Below, in pieces: positions 21,956-31,984 of a stretch of DNA of 64,000 nucleotides (positions are counted from its first letter, which is position 1; each line of letters starts with the position of its first letter). Under the pieces are notes generated by a model. It searched no databases. It was not told the origin of the DNA and saw only the letters and a list, made by a program, of their open reading frames with translations. The DNA comes from Paramoeba atlantica (lineage: Eukaryota; Protista; Discosea). The stretch spans positions 1,155,808 through 1,219,807 of the forward strand of contig CDRNVI010000030.1 in assembly GCA_977017575.1 (NCBI GenBank), written 5' to 3'. The position numbers were made by a program, and so were the translations under genes.

Positions 21956-23617
21956 TCACACAGAAGCCACTGCCTCATCTTTGGTCGTGTGACAGGTGTG
22001 GCACCATGGCCTCCACGAGTAATTAAAACTTCCACACGTGGAACACATAAATTGTCCCGGCTGTAGCGGCTCCGTGTCACCCTCGATCATCGCCCTGCGT
22101 GTTCCACAAAAGAGACAAAGCATACGAGCCCCATAGTTCACCTCGCTACAGCACTCACACACGAAATTCCCCCTCCGAGAGAAGCTCCTCACCACGGAGC
22201 AGGTCGCGTCCCGGGCCGCACCGCATACCCAACACATTTTCCTCTTGTTCGGGTTGATCGTTGCGCACTGGCCACACTTCCAGTCCCCGAGCGAGGCACT
22301 CTCCCACGAGCGGCTCTCCGCCACTTTGTGTACGTGATGCGGGTCCGTGTATACCGTGCTACAGTGCGCACACACCTGGGTCTCCTCCCGAAAGTTAATC
22401 CGCTCACATTTCACACACAACCAGTCCCCCGGCACAGCCTCCGCGAGCGTCCTCCCGAGGTTATACGGTATCCTCGGCGTGTCCTCCCCCCGCTCTTTCG
22501 CACACATAAAACACTTTCTCCTTTGCCGGTAATTCGCCACCCCACACCCCTCACAACACCAGTCCCCCGGCCACGCCTCAAACCCCTCCCCCAACCCCAC
22601 CACCACCTCTTTCCCTCCCCCCTCCCCCCTCCCTTTCCCACACCTCACACACCCCTTCCGCTGCCCCCCCACATTATTCCACCCACACCCCCCACAGTTC
22701 CAGTCCCCCCCCCTCGGCCCCCCCTCCCTCCCCTCCACCATCTCCACCCGCTCACTCACCCCACTCCCACACCGCACACAGCCCACCCGGTACCCATAAT
22801 TCCACAGCTCACACTGCTCACACCTCCAATCCCCCCGCCTACTCCCCGCCCGCACGTGCGCCGGTCCCGCCCCCTCCGGCCGCCCCGCCTCACACTTAAT
22901 GCAACACACCCGCATGCTGAAGTTCAGCACCCCGCACTGGGGGCAGTAGAACTCCCCCTCCTTCAGCTCCGGCAGCGGGATCACCCTACTCCCCACGACC
23001 GCCCCCTCCCCCCCCCTCTCCCGCGGGGCCTCACACCGGTAGCACCCCCCCCGTGCCTTGAAGTTCCACAGCGCGCAGTGGGTGCACTGCCAGTCCCCGG
23101 GGCGGGGGGCCATCCCCCCCGCGGGGCGCCACGGGGAGCCGTCGGGGTGGGCCCAGCGCAGGCAGCCCGGGGCGAGGGGGGTGGCGCACACGTAGCACGC
23201 CGTGCGGGTCTTGAAGTTCGACCCCTCGCAGACGGGGCAGAGCCAGTCCCCGGGGAGCCGCGGGGGGTCGCGGTCGGGGGGGGGCCGGGAGGGGGGGCCA
23301 CCACGACGCCGGCGGGTCCCGCGGAGGCGACCGGGGGGGTGGTGGGGCTGGAGCTCACCGAATTCATCGAAGTGGGGACGACGACGGGGGGAGGGACGGA
23401 AGGGGGAGGGGGGGTAGGGGTTGCGGTTGGAGGCGTCGTCATCGTAGGTGGGGGGGTGGTGGTGGTGGTGGTGATAGGGGGAGGGGGGTGGGGGGGTGGA
23501 GGGGGAGGAAGAGGGGTTGGTGGAGGGGGAGAATTGTACCATGGGGGTACGGTAGAGAGAGGGGAGAGGGCATGGGGGGGAGGGGGGGAGACGAAAGGTG
23601 CGAAAGAGGATACGCAT
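21956..23617 (-). CDS. RanBP2-type zinc-finger array protein (10 fingers)
   Basis: Ten W/F-x-C-x2-C-x3-N-x6/7-C-x2-C repeats counted by hand; Arg-rich, acid-free N-terminus (MRILFRTFRLP). Confidence 0.85.
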   Translation of the reverse strand: MRILFRTFRLPPSPPCPLPSLYRTPMVQFSPSTNPSSSPSTPPPPSPYHHHHHHPPTYDDDASNRNPYPPSPFRPSPRRRPHFDEFGELQPHHPPGRLRGTRRRRGGPPSRPPPDRDPPRLPGDWLCPVCEGSNFKTRTACYVCATPLAPGCLRWAHPDGSPWRPAGGMAPRPGDWQCTHCALWNFKARGGCYRCEAPRERGGEGAVVGSRVIPLPELKEGEFYCPQCGVLNFSMRVCCIKCEAGRPEGAGPAHVRAGSRRGDWRCEQCELWNYGYRVGCVRCGSGVSERVEMVEGREGGPRGGDWNCGGCGWNNVGGQRKGCVRCGKGRGEGGGKEVVVGLGEGFEAWPGDWCCEGCGVANYRQRRKCFMCAKERGEDTPRIPYNLGRTLAEAVPGDWLCVKCERINFREETQVCAHCSTVYTDPHHVHKVAESRSWESASLGDWKCGQCATINPNKRKMCWVCGAARDATCSVVRSFSRRGNFVCECCSEVNYGARMLCLFCGTRRAMIEGDTEPLQPGQFMCSTCGSFNYSWRPWCHTCHTTKDEAVASV

Positions 23618-24096
23618 GGAGGAAGTGAACGGTGGGTTGGGGATGGTGGGGGGGTTAGGGGATCGGCATGTCCCGAGGCAAGTCGTTAAGAGATGAAAAT
23701 AGAATAAAGAGGCTCAATGGATAAAGAAAATTCATTTCGGTTGGGTGGCTATAAAGTTCTTATACTAAGCTTTTATACGATTTGTATAATGTCCGATGGT
23801 AGATTACATGCTTGATGGCTTTACATGAATGATGGCTTTACTGTAGGATGGAAAGTTATGGAAGGAAACTTGCTACAAGCGACAGAGCAAAGTAGTGAGA
23901 ATGAAGGGACTTGTTATACATGGATAAAGAAGTTGTGCTCTACCAAATATATTTTTTCTGACCTCCTTTTAATTCCATAAATTCTTTAAAGTTTCAACAT
24001 TAACGCTGTACAAGTAATGGATTTGTCAATCCATAATGAGATTTATAAATCATCCTTCCCATTAGTTTTCTAAAGAATGACGTACTCTAATCATCG

Positions 24097-27000
24097 TTAT
24101 GCAGCAATGGTCACTGAAGTGGGATCGGCGTCACTCGAACTGCATACTTCAGTTGGAGCCTCACCATCTTCGTTCCAAAACTCGGAGCTTGGTTGGCTTT
24201 GTGCTTCGTCTCCCCATCGATTGTGGCATACGTAGCAGTAGGTTCTCCAAGAATAGTTCAGCGTACCACAGAGATGGCATGGAACGGGCTTCTTCTTTAC
24301 GGTGGATTCGTACAAGGATGTTTTGGGTTTGGGGGATGTACGACGCATGTGGCAGCTCATACATATGGTGCGGTAGGCGTAGTTCTCCGCATCACACTTT
24401 GCACAATGCCAATCTGAATTATGGGGGTACATTCGCGACACAGATGAGGTGCTGCACGCGTTACATGTAGTGGTTTCATTTTTATTGATAGTCCCACATT
24501 TACATAGCCAACTGTTCGAGTCGCTGGACTTCACATCCGGAACAATCATCGCTGTATGGTCCTTTTCTTTTGTACACGAGTGACACTTCTTGTCGTCTTT
24601 TTTATTGTAATTTCGACACGAGAGGCATTTCCAGTCACCCGGAACGAAGTTCAGTGACCCCGTCGGGTTAAGTTTCAAGTCGCAGGCATCACAATAGGGG
24701 TGGTGACGAAAATTTGTTGCCTCACAAGCGACACATTTCCAGTGATCAGCTGGATGTACGATATTCACCTCTTTCTTCTTGTTACCGCAGCGCACGCAAT
24801 CGTTTCGTTTCGAAAAGTTCATAACGTTGCATTCTGCACAAATCCATTCCTTATTCCGAAGCGCCAAATTGATAATCTCACAATGCTCTGTTTTTTTAGC
24901 GCTGCAACGATAGCACGACGACCGGACACGAAAATTTATTGTAAGGCATTCGCCACACTTCCAATCGCCGTTCAGAATTTTAAACTCAACAAGTTGACAC
25001 TTGTCATCAAGTGCACGTTGACACCACACGCATACGGCTGACTTGGCATGATTCATTTTATCGCAGCCCGCACATTTCCAGTCTCCATAAAAGCTATCCT
25101 CCCAACTTAAAGGGGGGACAACGTAGCATTCGTTCGTTTGGCTGGAACTACAAGAAACACAAAGAGATCTCGCTCGAAAGTTGAGCTTCCTGCAATTCTG
25201 ACAATACCAATCTCCAGGGGCCTCGACTTTCTTGAATTCGTTTTCCTCCGCACCTTGGACGACTAGACACGTATCAGTTTTGCCAGATTGGCATTGAATG
25301 CACTTAATTCTTTTAGAAAAGTTTAAAGTTGAGCATTTTTCACAGGTCCAGTTACCTACTTTCCATCGTGATTCTGGGATAGAAGCACATTCTGGGCTTC
25401 TAGGGGCTTGACAGCCAAAACAGTTTTCCCTATTTCCGTAGTTTGCGCAGCGGCACTGTGAACAAAACCAATCTCCATGCCTTCTAGGAGTTTCATTTAT
25501 TTCTTCGCACTCCGAATTTTTTTCAGACTTGCAGTTATAGCAGGTGGATCTACTCCGAAGATTCATCATCTTGCAGACTGCACATTTCCAGTCGCCTTGC
25601 ATTGCTTCAATTTCTACAATTTGAGAATCCGGGCTTTTGACTTTGTTACACCATTGACAGGAAGCATCCCATGATAAGTTCATAAGTTGACAGGAATTGC
25701 ACTTCCAATCTCCGAAAAAGCTATCTTCCCATAGTCTTGCAGGTACAATCGCACATTCAAGGTTTTTCTTTTCTTTGCATTTGACACAAGAACTACGTTC
25801 CCGCTTGTTATGGCTCTGACACTGCCTACATATCCAGTCTCCTGGAAGTAAAATACCGCTGTAGACTTCTCTCATTTTTCTCATTCCAAAAGCGATAGGG
25901 CAGTGGGCAGTTCTCGCACTTCTGCACTGCATACAAAGTTGTCTGTGCGCGAAATTTAACTTTGAACAATGCTGACAAAGCCAATCACCAATCTGGGAGA
26001 GAGCAGGAATCTCTGTTTTCGCTGTATCGTCTTTTGGCTTTTTACACTGCGCACATTCGTTCGACATGTGAAAAAAATAATTCAGGGCATGACAATAACC
26101 ACAGGTCCAGTCTCCAGGCTTATACTCACCTTTCATTTCATGGCAAGAAGCATCTTTTGGAGAAGAACAGGTAACACAAGCACTGTTGCACCGGTAGTTA
26201 TATGCTTTGCATTGACTGCACTTCCAATCCCCTTGTAAGACCTGTACTTCAACGATTTGGCAATCTGTTTTCTTCGCTTCGGAACACCACACACACATAG
26301 TACGTTGTAAAGGGTTCATTTGGTCACACGCCCGACAGTGCCAGTCGCCATATCGACTCTCCTCCCATGATTTGGCAGGGATAACGGTGCAATCTGGAAG
26401 GCGAGGGACATCACAACTTCTACAGCTCACAAAGGAGGGCGACGACGTCTGCTCGCATGTTTTACATACCCAATCACCGGGTAGCGCTCCTTTATCTCCT
26501 ACTGATCTTGGAACTCTGCCTTCCGTCCGTAAAGTTTGACAAGAGCTGTCCTTTGTGTACAGACAACGAAGGCATTCCATTCGAGCGCCAAAGTTAACGA
26601 TTTTGCATTTTGAGCAAACCCAATCACCAGGAAAAAGAACTTTGGGATTAGAGACATCATTTTGCGCACAGGAAGGGTCTTTTTCTTTTCTACATTTCGT
26701 GCATTTCGTTTCGGTACCAAAATTAATGCGTTCACACGAGCATTGCCAATCTCCCGGTCGTCCCTCCTGAAGAGATCGAGGAAGAATGCTTTCACAATGG
26801 GGTGATTTGGCTTCTGAGCAACGAATGCAAATGTCTCTTGACGAAAAATTAATCTCTTTACAGTGAACACAAATCCAATCCCCACGTTTAGCCTCAGTGG
26901 AAGATATGGCACGCAGAGGTCGTACCGTGGGGGCCAGTTCGGTCAATATTCTGGCTTCATCGGACTTCGAAGAAAGACACCTGATACAGGACGTTCGCCG

Positions 27001-29115
27001 CGCATTGTTTGCTTCCTTGCAAGTAGTACATTCCCAATCTCCAAGGCGCGATAGCTCAAAAGGTCTTCGAGGAGGTCCGTACTCCTTGACGCGACAGTCA
27101 TCCGTTTTTTCTTTCTGGCATTCCGTACACTTTTCGGTACTGCGGAAATTGACCGCTTGGCAGGAAGCACATTCCCAGTCGCCTCCTCTTGCGTGTATCA
27201 CGAATTCGCGCTTGATAATACGACACGTATCCGTCTTCTTAAAGGTACAACCAAAACATGTCTCGCGACTGCGACGGTTGCATGTGAAACATGTGCAACA
27301 AATCCAGTCCCCAGGCATCTCCTGTAGACGCTTTCGTGGCGTCAAAATATCTGCTGTTGCCTCAGTTATGACTTCACAGGTCTCACTACGAGGTTCTCTG
27401 CAGCCAAAGCAGGTTATCATCTGAGAGGAAAAGTTTAACAGAGAACATTTTGAACAGATCCAATCTCCAACTCTGGTTTTTCCTGGAGGACTCGTCGCTC
27501 CTTCAATCGTTATACATTCGTCTGTTTTCGTTGTTGTGCATTTAATACACGACGTGCGAACTGCAAAATTACTTAGTCCGCAACTTTGGCAGATCCAATC
27601 ACCGGGAGATGCTGCGACAACATCCTTGTAAGGGACCGTCTCGACCTCTATACCTTTCGCTGCGTAGCACTTGATACAATTAGGACGATTGCGATAATTC
27701 AAAGTGGTGCAAGTTGCACAGCGCCAATCCCCCGCCCGAAGACGTTTCCTGCCAAGCGGCTGTCCAAGAACTGCAGGACGAATTTCTTTACAGCCAAAGC
27801 ACTCCGTGCGCTCTGAAAAATTTACTGTCTCACACTTCGGACAAACATATTGCCCAGGTCGCAAAGCAACTACTTCACAATCCGATGATTTGGTTTCGTT
27901 ACACGCTACGCATGTTTCTCGAGCTTTGAAATTCATTGACCCGCATTTGTTACATTTCCAGTCACCGTATCTGTAGCGAATCGCGCGCTTCACGATGATG
28001 ATGCAATTTTCTGTGTGTTCCGCATTGCAGTTGACGCACAAATTCTTGTCGTGTGGATTCACAAATTTGCACGACTCGCAAATCCAGTCGTTTGCAGCAC
28101 AATCTGCGTCCGTTATAGTTTTGCAGGTTTCGTCACGTGTGTACTCGCATTTAATACATATAGCTCGGCTTCGAAAATTCAAAGTTTCACACTGGGAGCA
28201 ATTCCAATCGCCGGGACTGCCTTTACGCTGGGGTACGTCCGACACAATCTCGCATGACTCATCTCGGGGTCGCGAACATGACTCACACTGCTCAGCGCGC
28301 ATTCTGTTTATAAACTTACAATCAGAGCAGTACCAATCACCAGGGCGTGCTCTTCGAGGAACAACTGGACCCGCAGAGCTTGGACGTGGCTCACTGCATC
28401 GCCTGCATTGCTCATACTCACCGAAGTTGAACGACTTACAGTTTTCGCAGACGAATTGTCCTTTTTTCAAAAAGCTCGGTTGAATTTTTGCTGCATCGAT
28501 TGTCCAGGGCGCAGTGCAGCGCACGCATAAGTCCCGTGAGGCCCAATTCTCGAACTGACATTGTACACAAGTCCAGTCACCAGGAACTGGTCGACGCTCC
28601 GCCGGTGGCTTCCACGGAGTTCCATCCGGATGACTCCAACGCGGCGCGTCCTCGGCTATTGGAGCAAAGCACTGCTTACATTCCATGTTTCTACAAAAAT
28701 TTACCATTTCACACTGTTGACACAACCAGTCTCCCGGTTTGGGCTCCGGGGCAAGCCGCTGCATTCGTCCCCGACCACGTCCTCTGCCACGTCCCCGACC
28801 TCCGCGCCCTCGACCGCCCGACCTTCTGCTTAAACTTTCACCAAACTCATCGTACGTTCGATTTGCACCCCGGCCGCGCCGTCTATCGTACGTAGTGGAA
28901 GCGTACTGATCATTTTCTCCTTGAGAAGAATTGTCCTGGTAATAACTCCGACCGGAAAAGTGGTATACAGCGACAGTATCCGCTTGCAAGCACGTCTCGT
29001 GCAGTTGCTTTCTCGAGAAACTGAAAGTAGGAGGCGATGCTTTTCCAATGTGATATTGGAACAAGTCGCGTGAAGCGCCTTTTTGCTTCAACAGCACTGC
29101 GTAAAAACGGTGCAT
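24097..29115 (-). CDS. Giant RanBP2-type zinc-finger array protein (about 36 fingers) with N-terminal RG repeat
   Basis: 1672 aa; about 36 GDWxCxxC..N..CxxC units; GGRGRGGRGRGRGRGRG precedes finger 1. Confidence 0.95.
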   Translation of the reverse strand: MHRFYAVLLKQKGASRDLFQYHIGKASPPTFSFSRKQLHETCLQADTVAVYHFSGRSYYQDNSSQGENDQYASTTYDRRRGRGANRTYDEFGESLSRRSGGRGRGGRGRGRGRGRGRMQRLAPEPKPGDWLCQQCEMVNFCRNMECKQCFAPIAEDAPRWSHPDGTPWKPPAERRPVPGDWTCVQCQFENWASRDLCVRCTAPWTIDAAKIQPSFLKKGQFVCENCKSFNFGEYEQCRRCSEPRPSSAGPVVPRRARPGDWYCSDCKFINRMRAEQCESCSRPRDESCEIVSDVPQRKGSPGDWNCSQCETLNFRSRAICIKCEYTRDETCKTITDADCAANDWICESCKFVNPHDKNLCVNCNAEHTENCIIIVKRAIRYRYGDWKCNKCGSMNFKARETCVACNETKSSDCEVVALRPGQYVCPKCETVNFSERTECFGCKEIRPAVLGQPLGRKRLRAGDWRCATCTTLNYRNRPNCIKCYAAKGIEVETVPYKDVVAASPGDWICQSCGLSNFAVRTSCIKCTTTKTDECITIEGATSPPGKTRVGDWICSKCSLLNFSSQMITCFGCREPRSETCEVITEATADILTPRKRLQEMPGDWICCTCFTCNRRSRETCFGCTFKKTDTCRIIKREFVIHARGGDWECASCQAVNFRSTEKCTECQKEKTDDCRVKEYGPPRRPFELSRLGDWECTTCKEANNARRTSCIRCLSSKSDEARILTELAPTVRPLRAISSTEAKRGDWICVHCKEINFSSRDICIRCSEAKSPHCESILPRSLQEGRPGDWQCSCERINFGTETKCTKCRKEKDPSCAQNDVSNPKVLFPGDWVCSKCKIVNFGARMECLRCLYTKDSSCQTLRTEGRVPRSVGDKGALPGDWVCKTCEQTSSPSFVSCRSCDVPRLPDCTVIPAKSWEESRYGDWHCRACDQMNPLQRTMCVWCSEAKKTDCQIVEVQVLQGDWKCSQCKAYNYRCNSACVTCSSPKDASCHEMKGEYKPGDWTCGYCHALNYFFHMSNECAQCKKPKDDTAKTEIPALSQIGDWLCQHCSKLNFAHRQLCMQCRSARTAHCPIAFGMRKMREVYSGILLPGDWICRQCQSHNKRERSSCVKCKEKKNLECAIVPARLWEDSFFGDWKCNSCQLMNLSWDASCQWCNKVKSPDSQIVEIEAMQGDWKCAVCKMMNLRSRSTCYNCKSEKNSECEEINETPRRHGDWFCSQCRCANYGNRENCFGCQAPRSPECASIPESRWKVGNWTCEKCSTLNFSKRIKCIQCQSGKTDTCLVVQGAEENEFKKVEAPGDWYCQNCRKLNFRARSLCVSCSSSQTNECYVVPPLSWEDSFYGDWKCAGCDKMNHAKSAVCVWCQRALDDKCQLVEFKILNGDWKCGECLTINFRVRSSCYRCSAKKTEHCEIINLALRNKEWICAECNVMNFSKRNDCVRCGNKKKEVNIVHPADHWKCVACEATNFRHHPYCDACDLKLNPTGSLNFVPGDWKCLSCRNYNKKDDKKCHSCTKEKDHTAMIVPDVKSSDSNSWLCKCGTINKNETTTCNACSTSSVSRMYPHNSDWHCAKCDAENYAYRTICMSCHMRRTSPKPKTSLYESTVKKKPVPCHLCGTLNYSWRTYCYVCHNRWGDEAQSQPSSEFWNEDGEAPTEVCSSSDADPTSVTIAA

Positions 29116-29221
29116 TTGGGTAGAAAGTTACAATATTTCACTAGAATACTTCACTCAGGGGGGAAATAAGGTGTGATAGTTTGCGATTGTAGATGTGTAC
29201 TAATGTTGTTGTATAATATTG

Positions 29222-29402
29222 TACCCCCCGTTTAAGCGCACCTCGTTTTCCGTGAAAAGTGCGCTTAAACGGGGGTCTGAATCAGTGCACAAAAAAAACA
29301 TTGGCGCCGCTTAGCGGCGCCGGAGACTTCACCTCAACTCTATGTGCGCTTAAACGGGGGGTCTGACCTTACGGGTACGCTTAAGGGGAGGGGGGGACGG
29401 TA
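29222..29402. repeat. Small foldback/MITE-like element
   Basis: CCCGTTTAAGCGCAC and its inverse GTGCGCTTAAACGGG (twice); ends TACCCCCC / GGGGGGACGGTA. Confidence 0.45.
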
Positions 29403-29568
29403 CATTAAAAATAAAATGTGATTATTCTTTTTAATTTCTTTTTAATTTTGGACCACCGTAGCCCACTTCTATATCCTTTTCTTCTAATATAAACCCTCCG
29501 TCACGAATAAGTGACCACAGGCTAAAATCTGTGTTGAGGGGGGTATGGGAGTATACCACATTATCACT

Positions 29569-29639
29569 TCTTCGTAAACACGCTTGTTACCAGTCCCAAG
29601 CCCGGCACCGCCATATTCGGCGGAATGTGAGGGTGAAGA
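29569..29639 (+). ncRNA. Twister self-cleaving ribozyme (type P1 with P5 hairpin)
   Basis: P1 UCUUCG/UGAAGA; U29575-A-A; P2 ACAC/AUGU; T2 GC(29582-3) with GC(29600-1); P4 CCAG/CCGG; L4 UCCCAAGC; P5 CCGCC/GGCGG; G29629-A-GGG giving T1 with CCC. Confidence 0.85.
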
Positions 29640-29804
29640 TTTCAATACATCTATAGCACGATTATAAACTTAAGAATATAATTGAACTACTCCTTTCTAG
29701 TATCCAGTAGAACTACTACATTTAGCTCCATTTAACTAAACAATCTTACACGCCTGCAAATGTCAGGCATCAATTGAATTCACTTAGTCCCGGCCTGGCA
29801 ATGC

Positions 29805-30480
29805 CCATTCTCTGTAACGAGGCCCATGGGCTCCGTACCCTTCGGGGTACCACCGCCCCAGTATTCGTGCTGGGAGGCCCATGGGCTCCGTGTCCTTCGG
29901 GGCACACTTGCCGTTGCATTTATTCATCCTCTGTGACCAGGCCCATGGGCTCCGTACCCTTCGGGGTACAACCGCCCCAGCATTCGTGCCCCAGCATTCG
30001 TTGCGTTTATTCATCCTCTGTAACGAGGCCCATGGGCTCCGTACCCTTCGGGGTACCACCGCCCCAGCATTCGTGCTGAGAGGCCCATGGGCTCCGTACC
30101 CTTCGGGGTACCACCGCCCCAGCATTCGTGCTGGGAGGCCCATGGGCTCCGTACCCTTCGGGGCACACTTGCCGTTGCGTTTATATATTCATCCTCTGTA
30201 ACGAGGCCCATGAGCTCCGCACCCTTCGGGGTACCACCGCCCCAGCATTCGTGCTGGGAGGCCCATGGGCTCCGTACCCTTCGGGGTACCACCGCCCCAG
30301 CATTCGTGCTGGGGGGCCCATGGGCTCCGTGTCCTTCTGGGCACACTTGCCGTTGCATTTATTCATCCTCTGTAACGAGGCCCATGGGCTCCGTACCCCC
30401 TTCGGGATACCACCGCCCCAGCATTCGTGCTGGGAGGCCCATGGGCTCCGCGTCCTTCGGGGCACACTTGCCGTTGCATT
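29805..30480 (+). repeat. Tandem array of GC-rich hairpin units (55/64-nt subunits, 11 copies of the core)
   Basis: GAGGCCCATGGGCTCC occurs 11 times, each followed by GTACCC-TTCG-GGGTAC or GTGTCC-TTCG-GGGCAC. Confidence 0.9.
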
Positions 30481-31984
30481 TGCGCTATACATCTTCCTCT
30501 CCAGCATGTTTTTTCAATGAAGTGAAAACAGAATAAAAACAGAAGGGAGAGGGTGGGAAGTTGTGAGCTGGGAAGCTGTGTGTGCTATGGCATGCCTGGC
30601 ACCGGTCAAAGTAAAGGACTTTTGCAGAAGTCCTTTTTTGACCACCAACCTCTTAATATCCATTCGTTGATTCCGAACGGGAGTTAGTTATCACCAATAA
30701 CGTTAGTTATCACCAATTTACAGATCCATGATCACACTGCCTAAATACCCCCTATTTCGCGTGCTCGTATACAATGTCCGACAGGACCAACGACCCAATA
30801 TTTCACAAAAAAATTGACTTTGGTGAATCTTGGTTATATATTGCCGTTGTACTGCATGGTAAGTTGAAGACCTTGTGCACGAAGGCTAGATAACGGCTAA
30901 ATATGGTCCTATGTACAACCTTAACCTCGAAACAACCGTTTCAGTATAAAGGGTGACCCCTTAAAAACGCCAAAAAACGACGATTTCTGGTGTTTTTTGG
31001 GGTAAATTGTATTTTTGCGCCTTTTTCGGTCGTTTTTTATCGGGGTAACCCCTTATACCAAAATAGAGATTCTTGGAAATGTATGCTGCTGAATCACACT
31101 TTCTATACTTCACTGCCATTACATCTACTCACGAGTGACCTCAGGTGCGGGGCTTGCTTGTAACATAAAAAATGAAAATTGAAAAAAATGGTTAGGTGTT
31201 CCACAAAAGTCCTTGACTTATGCAAAAGTCCTTGACTTATGCAATAGTCCTTGACTTGCAGGTCCTTATCCCAGGACAGCGGTACCTAGTTTAGGTGTCT
31301 GGAGGCAAAAGCCCCCGTTTGCGAGCAAGGCCCAACTGTGAGCGAAGCCCTGGGACAGAATTATATTTTTTAGCGACCCGCACGCTCCAGTCAGGAACCA
31401 CTGAAATTTAAGCCCTAATTGCACTTCTGTCTTGCACCCGGTGAGGCCTCGGAGCTGGGAGAGGCCCCATACCCCACAACTACCACCTTCCCCCCTATTT
31501 AGCGGAAGTCGCAAGTCCTTTACTTATGCAATAGTCATAGCAGCAGTAATAATTTTTGTAATAGAAATTATTAATAATTTATTATTATTATTATAAGAAG
31601 GTGAATTATTAATAATTATTATGAGGACCTTTTTAGCCCTCATGGAGCGTATAGTAAGCGTACACATGTATACATGTGGATATTTCAGAAGAGATTGTCG
31701 TCTCCCATTTTGTATGTCAAGCCCAATCGATACAGTAGCAAATGATATTCTAGGTTTAACCACGTTAATAAAATTCGTTTAAAAAGGGAAAAACAAGGAA
31801 AATGATAGGAAAACATAGAAAAAACCCTTGTAAACGAAGAAAAATCAAAAACGAAGGTGAGATTCAAAAGAGGTGTACTATTTTAAAATCACGGTATTAC
31901 AAAGGTTTAATTATAATTTAATAATTATAATCTAATAATTATAATAATATAATAATTATAATTTAATAATTATACGACTCAATG

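Larger units (their letters stand above)
438..29115 (-). other. Directional (polycistron-like) cluster of intronless host genes
   Basis: All 12 credible host ORFs from 438 to 29115, and the one at 54807-56630, are on the minus strand and uninterrupted, as in kinetoplastid directional gene clusters. Confidence 0.75.

Noticed and set aside
22328-23689. 453-aa + strand ORF
   Set aside because: Antisense shadow of the zinc-finger gene, which has clear motifs.
29890-29915. GUGUCC-UUCG-GGGCAC resembling a U6 snRNA 5' stem
   Set aside because: No ACAGAGA box or other U6 sequence follows.
29805-30480. CRISPR-like repeat array
   Set aside because: The intervening sequences are themselves repeated, not unique spacers; no cas genes; eukaryotic context.
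29774-30536. Many overlapping ORFs in the hairpin array
   Set aside because: Translations of a tandem repeat in all frames; no coding signal.
31135-31170. Minus-strand UGUUA..AAGCCCCGCACC resembling a twister fragment
   Set aside because: Too short; lacks P1, P2 and the UAA site.
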